A DNA stretch of 64,000 bases, taken from NCBI GenBank assembly GCA_030390025.1, contig CM059432.1:114020001-114084000 (forward strand). The letters run 5' to 3'. The notes beneath the pieces were generated by a model that was not told where the DNA came from, searched no databases, and saw nothing but the letters and a program-made list of their open reading frames with translations. Source of the DNA: Squalus acanthias. Its lineage: Eukaryota. Positions 50,201 through 60,651 of this stretch are shown in pieces (the first letter of the stretch is position 1; every line of letters starts with the position of its first letter). Made by a program: the position numbers and the translations under genes.

Positions 50201-51287
50201 GTCCTTCTCAATTATCGTCTTAAAGCGTATTATATTTTGTCACTATTGCTTGGATGTTCCCCTACTTTTACTTCTCTTATCTGCTCTGGTTCATTCCCCA
50301 TTACTAGAATCAATAACAAATCCTCCCTTGTTGGGCATTCTACATATTGGGTTAGAAAGGAATCGTGTACACATTGTAGGAATTCCATTCCCTTATCCCC
50401 TTTACCTACCTCTTCTGTCCAATTAATATCAGGGTAGTTGAAATCCCCCATGATTATTATTCTATGTTTTTTACTCATTTCCCTAATTTGTCTGCATATT
50501 TCTTCCTCTACCTCCCTTCCACTATTAGGTGGTCTGTAGACTATGCCTATTAGTGGGATTGATCCTTTATTATCTTTTATCTCTATCCATATGGATTCTA
50601 TTTTTGTCTTGCTGATAGCTGCGTCACTTTTTTCTACTGTCATTATGTTATCCCTAATAAGTAGAGCTACTCCACCTCCCCTTTTTCCCTCTCTATCTTT
50701 TCTAAATATGTTATACCCTGCAATGTTTAATTCCCAGTCCTGATCTTTCTGTAGCCATGTCTCAGTAATCCCTACTATGTCTGCTTCCTCACAATGCATG
50801 ATTGCCTCCAGCTCCCCTGTTTTATTACGGAAACTGTGTGCATTGCTGTACAGACAGTTTAACTCATTTTTTAATAGGATTTCCTCTCACTTTATGTTTA
50901 ACCATCTTTTTAGACTCCTGTTCTGTAACTCTATTTATTCCCTTGCAAACAATGTCCTCCCTTACTTTATTCTTTCCTATGTTCTCTTTTCCTGTTTTGT
51001 TTATATTTAGGCTGGTTATGTTTCTTGTAGATCCCTCCCCCAATCTTACTGGTTTAAAGCCTTTGTCCCTTCCCTATTTACCCTTTCCGTTGGACATGGG
51101 TCCCATCGTGGTTCAGGTGGAGCCCGTCCCATCGGTACAGCTCCTTCCTGTCCCAGAACTGCTGCCAGTGTCCCATGAAAAGGAACCCCTCTTTCCTACA
51201 CCAGCCCTTTAGCCACGTGTTAATTCTCCTGATCTGTCTGCTTCTATGCCAATTTGCACATAGCTCGGGCAATAATCCAGAGATTAT

Positions 51288-52610
51288 ATGGAAAATCATA
51301 ATGCAGTCAAGCAGAGTCAACATGGTTTGATGAAAGGGAAATCATGTTTAACAAATTTGCTGGAGTTCTTTGAGGATGTAACAAGCAGGGTGGATAAGGG
51401 TGAGACAGTGGATGTGGTGTATTTGGATTTCCAGAAGGCATTCGATGAGGTGTCACATAAAAGGTTACTGCATAAGATAAGAGCTCATGGAGTTGGGGGT
51501 AATATATTAGCATGGATAGAGAATTGGCTAACTAACAGAAAGCAGAGGGTCGGGATAAATGGGTCATTTTCTGGTTCGCAAATGGTAACTAGTGGGGTGC
51601 CACAGGAATCGGTGCTGGGGCCCCAACTATTTACAATCTACATTAATGACCTGGATGAAGGGATCGAGTGTAATGTAGCCAAGTTTGCAGATGATACAAA
51701 GATGGGTGGGAAAGCAAGTTGTGCAGAGGACTAAAAGAATCTGCAAAGGGATATAGACAGGTTAAGTGAGTGGGCGAACATTTGGCAGATGGAGTATAAT
51801 GTGGGAAAGTGCAAGGTTATCCACTTTGGCAGGAAAAATAAAAAAGCAAATTATTATTTAAATGGAGAGAGATTACAAAATGCTACAGTTCAGAGGGACC
51901 TGGGGGTCCTTGTGCATGAAACACAAAAAGTTAGCTTGCAGGTGCAGCAAGTAATCAAAAAGACAAATGGAATGTTGGCCTTTATTGCAAGGGGGTTGGA
52001 GTATAAAAGCAGGGAAGTCCTGTTACAACTGTACAGGGTATTGGTGAGACCACACCTTGAGTACTGTGTACAGTTTTGGTCTCCTTATTTAAGGAAGGAT
52101 ATACTTGCATTGGAGGCAGTTCAGAGACGATTCACACAGTTGATTCCTGAGATGAGGGGGTTGACTTATGAAGAAAGGTTGAGCAGGTTGGGCCTATACT
52201 CATTGGAATTTAGAAGAATGAGAGGTGATCTTATTGAAGCATATAAGGTACTGAGGGGGCTCGACAATGTAGATGCAGAGAAGATGTTTCCCCTCGTGGG
52301 GAAATCTAGAACTCGGGGGCATAGTTTCAGAATAAAGGGTCGCCCTTTTAGAACTGATATGAGGAGGAATTTCTTCTCTCAGAGGGTCGTAAATCTGTGG
52401 AATTCTCTGCCCCAGAGAGCCGTGGAGGCTGGGTCATTAAATACATTTAAAGTGGAGATAGACAGATTTTTACAAGATAAGGGAGTGAAGGGTTATGGGG
52501 AGCAGACAGGGAAGTGGCTTTAAGCCCAAGATCAGCCATGATCTTATTGAATGGTGGAGCAGGCTCGAAGGGCCAAGTGGCCTATTCCTGCTCCTATTTC
52601 TTATGTTCTT
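51288..52610 (+). mobile_element. CR1 LINE, 5'-truncated
   Basis: RT ORFs 51288-51734 and 51789-52523; tail TTCTTATGTTCTT; ATTAT repeated at both junctions. Confidence 0.93.
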
Positions 52611-53519
52611 ATTATTACCCTCGAGGTCCTGCTTTCTAATTTAGAGCATAACTCCTGATACTCTTTCAGCAGCACTTCCTCCCTGTTCCTACCTATGTCG
52701 TTTGTTCCAACATGGACCACGACAACTGGATTTACCCCCTCCCTTTCCGAGTTCCTCTCCTGCCGCCATGAGATATCCTTACCCTGGCAACATACCCTTC
52801 AGGATTCTCATTCTTGGCTGCAGAGGACGCTATCTATCCCCCTAATTATAGAGTCCACTATCACTATCACATTTCTATTCTGCTCTTCCCCCTCTCCCAC
52901 CCCCACACCCCCAACTTGGACAGCCTTCTGAGCCACAGTGCCTTGGTCTGCATTGTGGCTGTCCTCCCTGCAGTCTTTCTCCTTGTCCTCACAGGTAGCA
53001 AGTACATCGTAGCTGTTGGACAGGACCAGTGTCTACGGGACCTCCTTCTCAACCTCTCCTAAATCCCCGCTACCCGTCTCCCTAACAGTCACACCCTCCC
53101 CTCCCTGAATCTGTGCTGTCCTCTGGGGTGTGACTGTCTTCTGGATAAAACTGGATACAGAGGTTTTGCCTTTGGAATAGTTTTCAGAATCTTTGCCATG
53201 ATAACCTGAAAAAATCAAAGTTATAAAGAAAAGTGATTTACACTAGCATTTTTTAAAAGAGACAATGGGGCTGATCTTATGAATGGCCATTCCTGGTGGG
53301 GAGCCTTGTCAGTTGTGAGTGCATACTGGACAATTATGCATATGCTGTGCAGGATTTTCTGTCCATTATGCAATATGTACATGATTCCCCAATATGTGCT
53401 CCTGATAGGTGAGACTCCTCCTTGCTGGGAATGTGTATTGTTAAGATCCACTCAAGTGAGCAATCATAACATCGCTTCAAGGAGGTTCTTAGCCCCACTG
53501 AAAGGGAACTGAATTGACA

Positions 53520-53850
53520 TTACAACAACTTGAACTTAGGCCATGCTTTTGCAGAGTAACATGTCCCAAAGCACTGCTCACCGTGGGGATCAGACCTGAG
53601 CTGAAGTAGGGAGAACAGTGAGGGGAGATGATTGTTGAAGAGGAGGTTTAAAGGAAGCTTTTAGAGATGGTTAGGAATGTCACATGACAGAGGGGCTTGG
53701 GGAAAAAAGTTCCAGAGGCACCGTGGGAAAGAGGAAGGGGACGCTCAGCAGACCAGAGGTGGGAGAGCAGAGGCTGCGAGCAGGAATGTAGGGCTGGAGG
53801 AGTTTGCAGATACAGGGTTGGGCAAGCCTTGGTGGGATTTGTACATCAGT
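53520..53850 (-). mobile_element. Old L2-like LINE 3' fragment
   Basis: Decayed tail ACAACAACTTG...GTCCCAAAGCAC resembling the DeuSINE/L2 tail, followed by a WN-LP/FK-like coding remnant. Confidence 0.5.
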
Positions 53851-54349
53851 GGTTGCCAGATTCATGGAGTAGATCCTCAGTACACATGATATGTTATTCA
53901 CTGAGCTGCTAACTGTTGTGCAACAGGTATAGGAAGCTTGAATCACACGTGTTGTGCAATTACAGTAAGTAGGAAGCTTCAGCCACTGCACTTTTCGTAA
54001 GTTCTTTACTTTCATACAGGTCCTACTTCTGCATTGGCATTAAATTGATGTCTTAAGATTTTTCTGTGTCTGAGAGTTCGTTGCTGCTGAAAGAGAGAAC
54101 AAAGCACATCACATGTACGGTGAATTACTCTGAAGTGCAGCAATTGTTGTGTAGGCAAACAAAAAGCAAAACATTATGCTCCAGCCCTACATTCCTGCTC
54201 GCAGCCTCCGCTCTCCCATCTCTGGTCTGCTGAGCATCCCCTTCCTCTTTTCCACGGTGCCTCTGGAACTTTTTTCCCCAAACCCCTCTGCCATGTGACA
54301 TTACTAACTACCTCTAAAAGCTCCCTTTAAACTTCCTCTTCAACAATCA
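53629..54349. repeat. 171-bp inverted repeat (53629-53799 and 54179-54349), 379-bp spacer
   Basis: Ungapped manual alignment; 11 mismatches counted. Confidence 0.95.
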
Positions 54350-55024
54350 GACCTAATGATGACTGTGGGCGAGCTGTTAGCAGATAGTCTCAGGGGGAAT
54401 CATCCTTCTATCATAGTCTATCAGCTTGGACTGTTGACACATGAGCCCCAGTTCTGTGAGGGTCCACTTGTGGCAAAGCCCCCTAACAGTCTGCTGCATT
54501 TTGAGACCAGGAGTAATGCTGGGACTTTGGAAGTTGCACTGATGATCATCACAATCCTCATTAAATCTATAAAAAATACACTTAAATTGATCCAAAGTGA
54601 GATTTAGCAGCTTTCATGCCAGTTTCTCTCTGGCAGCAATGTGTGCCTGTTTTTCAAACAGGTGGCTGGATTATCTGGCCTGTAGGTGTAAGCTTCTGAA
54701 AGGTGCAGCTCATTTGTTAATTGCTGATTGGGAAAATAGATTTTGGCCGCAATTTCCTGTACCTGGGCGGGTCGGGTGCGGGCCGTGGCAGGTCGCGACC
54801 CCGTTCTTCACACCATCCCACTCCTGAGATCGACTTTCCCTTAATGGCGCCTATTAAGGCAGCCCTGCGTGTTACCCGGCCCAATTAAATGGTGCGGGTG
54901 TGATGACGTCAGCGATGACGCGTTTTCAGCCGGGATATTTAAAGGAGCCATGGCCACATTGCATTTGAAGGTTCATCTGGGAGTGTGCAGGCACTGCATT
55001 GGAATGTTGCAATGAGTGGCAAAC

Positions 55025-57955
55025 ATGGCTGCATTGAGACAGAGGGCCACACCCAGGTTCTCAGATGACTCCCTCCATATGCTTGTGGAGGGAGTGGGAG
55101 CACTCAGGGAGGTCCTCTTCCCTTCTAATGGGCGCAAGAGACCTCCCCAGCAGACCAAAGGAGCCTGGCTCCCAATAGCAGAGGAGGTCAACAGCAGGGA
55201 TGTAGTCAGGAGGACCTGGGTGCAGTGCCGCAAACGTTTCAATTATCTCATTAGATCAGGAAAGGTGAGTGCAGAGCCACACTCAACTTCATCCTGCTGT
55301 GCCTCTCATCACATCCCCATCACTCTGCCTTCCCTACCCTACTCCTGCACATCCTTACTCACACCAACTTACCTTGTACCTCCACCCATCCCTCTATCTA
55401 CATTATCACATCCCCATCTCACTAGCCACCCCTCATACTCACCCTCATCCTAATGCAATCATACCAATTAACAACACACAAGGAGGCCACTTGGCATTGC
55501 CACCCCACTCCATCGTAGTCACCCTCTAAAGATGTAACCCATCTTCACTATAGAGGATACAAGTAACATCCCAGAAAGTCTTCACTATAGAGGATACAAG
55601 TAACATCCCAGAAATAGCTGTAAATCAGGAAATGGAAGGGAGGGAGGATCGCAAGAAAATTATAATCACCAGGGAAGTGGTACTGAGCAAATTGTTGGAG
55701 CTGCGGGTTGAAAAGTCCTCGGGTCCTGATGGACTTCATCCTAGGGTCTTAAAAGAAGTGGCTAGAGAGATAGTTGATGCGTTGGTTTTAATTTTCCAAA
55801 ATTCCCTCGATTCGGGGAAGGTTCCATTACATTGGAAAATAGCGAGTGTAACTCCTTTATTCAAAAAGGGAGGGAGACAGAAAGCAGGAAACTACAGGCC
55901 AATTACCTTAACATCTGTCATAGGGAAGATGTTAGAAGCTATTATTAAAGATGTCATAGCAGGGCATTTAGAAAAGTTCAATGTAATCAGGCAGAGTCAA
56001 CATGGTTTTGTGCAAGGGAAATCATGTTTAACCAATTTATTGGAGTTCTTTGAGGAAGTAACATGTGCTGTGGATGAAGGGGAACCGGTGGATGTACTGT
56101 ACTTAGATTTCCAGAAGGCATTTGATAAGGTGCCACATCAAAGGTTATTGTGGAAAATAAAAGCTCAAGGTGTAGGGGGTAACATATTGGCATGGATAGA
56201 AGATTGGCTAGCTAACAGGAAACAGAGAGTAGGCATAAATGGGTCATTTTCAGATTGGCAAGATGTAACGAGTGGTGTGCTACAGGGATCAGTGCTGGGG
56301 CCTCAACTTTTTACAATTTATAATAAATGACTTGGATGAAGGGACCGAAGGTATGGTTGCTAAATTTGCTGATGACACAAAGATAGGTAGGGAAGTAAAT
56401 TGTGAAGAGGACACAAGGAGGCTACAAAGGGATATAGATAAGTTAAGTGAGTGGGCAAAGATCTGGCAAATGGAGTATAATGTGGGAAAATGTGAAGTTG
56501 TCCATTTTGGCAGGAAGAATAAAAAAGAAGCATATTATCTAAATGGTGAGAGATTGCAGAGCTCTGAGATGCAGAGGGATCTGGGTGTATCACAAAAGGT
56601 TAGTATGCAGGTACAGCAAGTATTTAGGAAAGCTAATAGAATGTTATCGTTTATTGCGAGGGGAATTTAATACAAAAGTAGGGAGGTTATGCTTCAGTCA
56701 TACAGGGCATTGGTGAGACGACATCTGGAGTACTGTGTATAGTATTGGTCTCCTTATTTAAGGAAGGATGTAAATGCGTTGGAAGCAGTTCAAAGAAGGT
56801 TTACTAGTCTAATACCTGGAATGGGTGGGTTGTCTTATGAGGAAAGGTTGACAGGCTCGGCTTGTATCCGCTGGAGTTTAGAAGAATAAGAGGTGACTTG
56901 ATTGAAACATATAAGATCCTGAGCGGTCTGGACAGGGTGGATGTGGAGAGGATGTTTCCTCTTGTGGGAGAATCTAGAACTAGGGGTCACTGTTTAAAAA
57001 TAAGGGGTCGCCCATTTAGACAGAGATGAGGAGAAATTTTTTCTCTCAGAGGGTCGTGAGTCTTTGGAACTCTCTTCCTCAGAGGGCGGTGGAAGCAGAG
57101 TCTTTGAATATTTTTAAGGCAGAGGTAGATAGATTTTTGGTAAGCAAGGGGGTGAAAAATTATTGGGGGTAGGCAGGAATGTGGTGTAATCAGATCAGCC
57201 ATGATCTTATTGAATGGCGGAGCAGGCTCGAAGGGCCGAGTGGCCTACTCCTGCTCCTAATTCATATGTTCGTATGTATGTTCGTATCCATTCCTTACAC
57301 TCATTCCATCACTCTCACTCAACCTTCTCTTCTTTCCCTCCTTGCAGGAAAAGAGAGCCCAGAATAAGAGGGAGAGAGAGAGAACCGGAAGTGGAAAGCC
57401 ATCATTGACGATCCTAACATCAGCAGAGGAGGTTGCCTTGGAAGTTTCTGGAGTTGCCGAGCAGCTGAAGGTGGGAGACGGAGAGAGGGGACATCTCAGC
57501 AACCTGGTGACAGAATTACATATCATACAGCTACATGGCATACATCAGTCACTCATATGGGGACTGATGTCAGCAGCCAGTGAATGGTCATCATGTGCAT
57601 AATGGTATTTGTACCCATTCTTGATATGACATATCTAACTCATCTCTTTATTCTCCCACAGGTCCATCAAGAGCCGTGCCCCCCCCCCCCCCCCCGGCTC
57701 CCCACAGTCCAGGAGGAAGAGGAAGACAACTCCTTAGAGGAGCCTCCAGCCTCTGAGAATGCACCGTCACCAGACATAAGCCCACCCAGCACCAGCGCAG
57801 ATACGTACACCTCGGTGGATCCCACGCGAGATAGAGTAGAGTTGTCACCTGGTGTCTCACAACTCACAAGTGAGCAATAGCAGATGGTGGAGACAGGGAC
57901 AGCAGTGGAGAGTCCTCGTCAGAGGGCGCAGGACTCTCCCAGCTCTGCTCAGCTG
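55025..57955 (+). pseudogene. Harbinger Myb/SANT-like gene (element I), exons 55025-55264, 57348-57506, 57662-~57955 (3'-truncated)
   Basis: Intact exon 1 MAALRQRATPRFSDDSLHMLVEGV...RTWVQCRKRFN; canonical splice sites; CR1 inserted in intron 1. Confidence 0.88.
55542..57286 (+). mobile_element. CR1 LINE, 5'-truncated, in Myb intron 1
   Basis: RT motifs in 55632-56670; tail ATGTTCGTATGTATGTTCGTAT. Confidence 0.93.
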
Positions 57956-58504
57956 CTTGCAACCTCTAGAAAGCTAACTCTGTGCTGACAATGCAGTCAG
58001 CAACAGCATCTGCCTTAGGAAAGTGACCAGCTGTCAGGTGAGAGTTCTTATTGTACTTTTCGTTCTGTGCACTAATGAGGTGCATCAATGGCCACTGAAC
58101 ATCTGCCTCAGTTTAACAGACGTGGTTCCCGAGCTCCGTGATTCCCGTGCTCATCCAGGGAAATTTGAAAGGTAGGGTGAAAAAGGCGCTTAAGGGTCTG
58201 ACAAGTACCTCATAATGATTTAAATTAGCTCGCCCGCCTCTGCTGTTCGGGCCGCTGCCGCGCCGGCAAACGGGCCCGAGGGAAAGGCGTGTGGGCGCGG
58301 GATGACAGCGGGTTTCTGACCCGCTGCAAGATATTTTAAATTTCCCTCCCGCACCCGCACGGACCCCAGGAAGTCCCAGTCTTTGTCTTTTGTTTATTAT
58401 ATTGCTTTATTGATATTTTCATTGGTCTATTAATTTTTGTTGTTTAAACTGTGTCTCTAAATCCATTTCTTATAATAATCTTACATCCAGTTGCAAACAC
58501 ATCA

Positions 58505-59180
58505 TTATACCAGACCCGTATCTATTGGCCGAGATAGTCCTTCTGGAGCATATCAGAAGAAAAATATCTTCGGCACCTCTGCTGTCACTTAGCTATGGGG
58601 ACCAACAAATTGTACCACTTATAGTTATGAAGAGAGACTTGAGATACTGGGACTATTTCCACTGGAGCAGAGGAGGCTAAGAGGAGATTCGATTGAGGGT
58701 TTTAAAATTATGAACAATTTTGATAGAGTGAATCGGGAAAAACCATTTCCTCAGGTGTCAATGAATTAAAATGATCATTCAGAGGGTGAGGAGAGAGGTT
58801 AGGAGAGATTTCTGTACACAGAATTGTTGGAAGATGGAATGCATTGCCACAGGGAGTAGTTGAGGCAGAGGCCATTACATCTTTTAAGGGAAGGTTAGAT
58901 AAATATTTGAAGCAGAGAAAGATAAAAGCCTATGAGCAGAGTGAAGGGCAATGAGATTAGTTTTAGATTGCTCTTTGAAGGTCGTTACCTGCATTAAACT
59001 TTTATACCAGCAGATCCTGTCAAACCAGCATGGTTGACATGTGCCAGATAGATCAGTTGGCTATCCATAGATGCATAAAGCAAATGCATAGGCTTTATTT
59101 GCAAGGGACATCATACACATCACTTTCCCAATGGATAGGAGGCATCAGCTCAACAAGGTATAGAATGTTTCCTGGGTGCC
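58505..59180 (+). pseudogene. Very old Harbinger transposase N-terminal remnant, split by a CR1 3' fragment at ~58640-58975
   Basis: TRIYWPR*SFWSISEEKYLRHL (compare RVFREHFSYLQLREEQCIRRL), then ALNF..., DMCQIDQLAIHRCIKQ. Confidence 0.6.
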
Positions 59181-59182
59181 AG

Positions 59183-59740
59183 AATAGGAACATATGGAAC
59201 ATAGGAGCAGGAGTAGGCCATTTAGCCCCTCGAGCCTGTTCTGCCATTCAATTAGATCATGTCTGATCTGCGATCTAACTCCATATACCTGCCTTTGCCC
59301 CATATCCCTCAATACCTTTGTTTAACAAAAACCTATCAAACTCAGTTGAAAATTAACAATTGATCTAGCATCAATTGCCATTTGCGGAAGAGAATTCCAA
59401 ACTTCTACCACCCTTTGTGTTTAGAAGTGTTTCCTAATTTCACTCCTGAAAGGTCTGGCTCTAATTTTTAGATTACGCCCCCTAGTCCTAGAATCCCCAA
59501 CCAGTGGAAATAGTTTCTCTCTGTATATCCTGTTCCCCTTAATATCTTGAAAACTTCAATCAAATCTCCCCATAACCTTCTAAACTCTAGGGAATACAAC
59601 CCTAATTTGTACAATCTCTCCTCGTAATTTAACCCTTGGAGTCTGGATATCATTCTGGTAAACCTATGCCGCAGCCCCTCCAAGGCCAATATATCCATCT
59701 TAAGGTGTGGTGCCCAGAACTGCTCACAGTACTCCAGGTG
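59183..59740 (-). mobile_element. CR1 3' part, cut by a Gypsy insertion
   Basis: LEYCEQFWAP, LGLYSLEFRRLWGDLIE; 3' tail at 59183-59260. Confidence 0.9.
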
Positions 59741-59866
59741 TGTGTGGTATCTTGGGACACAGCATATATATATATACAACTGCACAACATGGCTTCCGGT
59801 AAGAACTGTACTGCATATGACTTTATTATTATATACATCAGTAGTCCACCAGGTGGCTCTATTACA
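59741..59866 (-). repeat. Short 3' LTR (~126 bp) after polypurine tract 59867-59880
   Basis: Minus strand reads TAAGGAGGGAGAAG|TGTAATAG...AATAAA...CCACACA; TG...CA ends; left boundary uncertain by ~2 bp. Confidence 0.7.
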
Positions 59867-60651
59867 CTTCTCCCTCCTTATTGAAGAAGTTAATCATAGC
59901 AAATAATCAAAGTACATGACTTGCGTGGTATACACAACTCTTGGTATACATTTCTCAAATGGAACCCATTTTATGTTTCCAAATTCTACTATAGAATTCT
60001 GTAACACAAACAAAAGATATGAACTTATTTTCCATATTTACAGATTAAACTTTACCACTGGTTTTCTGTTTCAAAGAGGACACCTTCTTTCTTGAACAGA
60101 ACTTTCAGATCTTGTTCTAGGACTTTGACTCATTCTAGGCTGAGTCTGAGGAGAATTTTTCTCCAAGGGCTGACCTTGATCTACATTTGGACTCTTTACA
60201 CTTTCAGACTGTTTGTCTGCCTGACTCGGGCTCAGACTTAAATTTTGACTTTGTCTTGAACATATTACTGGTACTCTACTTGTAACAAGACTATCTGACT
60301 CATCAGAATAAATTGAATCATCCCAGTTTTCAACTCCTTCCACATCTGTAGGTAAGATATGATCAATGTGAACAAACCTAACCTTTCCATGATCAACCAT
60401 CTTGACCAAATATGAGCGAGGGCCACATATCTTCACTACTCTTCCTGGTAACCACTTTAACCATTTATGGTGATGGTTCTTCACTCTAAACTTCTGGTTC
60501 AACTTCACACTTCTCTCTCTAACTCTACCTTTATCATGATTATCTTTCTGCCTTGATTGTTTCTCTTCTACGACTGTGCCAAGTTCGGCTTTAACAATGA
60601 GAAGCTGGTTCGTGGCTGTCATTTGAGAAACAATTCCGCTGGTTTTCTACC

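Larger units (their letters stand above)
41337..53150 (-). mobile_element. Near full-length CR1 LINE (esterase ORF1, APE, RT) hosting nested insertions at 41658-48354 and 51288-52610
   Basis: 3' tail 41337-41657; RT 48355-49554; linker; APE 50230-50830 (IVGITETWL, YRPP, GDFN); ORF1 with DGLHLN (51078-51287) continuing at 52611-53150. Confidence 0.9.
54745..58381. mobile_element. Myb-only Harbinger element I
   Basis: Left TIR GGCCGCAATTTCCTG; decayed right end CAGGAAGTCCCAGTC; TTT on both flanks; no transposase inside. Confidence 0.8.

Noticed and set aside
53266..53455. Possible ~190-bp MITE (GGGCTGATCTTA ... TTAAGATCCACTC)
   Set aside because: Inverted ends are too degenerate and there is no TSD.
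57679..57695. 17-nt C run as a functional G-quadruplex or poly-Pro insert
   Set aside because: Homologous copies have a short C-rich stretch; simple homopolymer expansion or assembly noise in a pseudogene.
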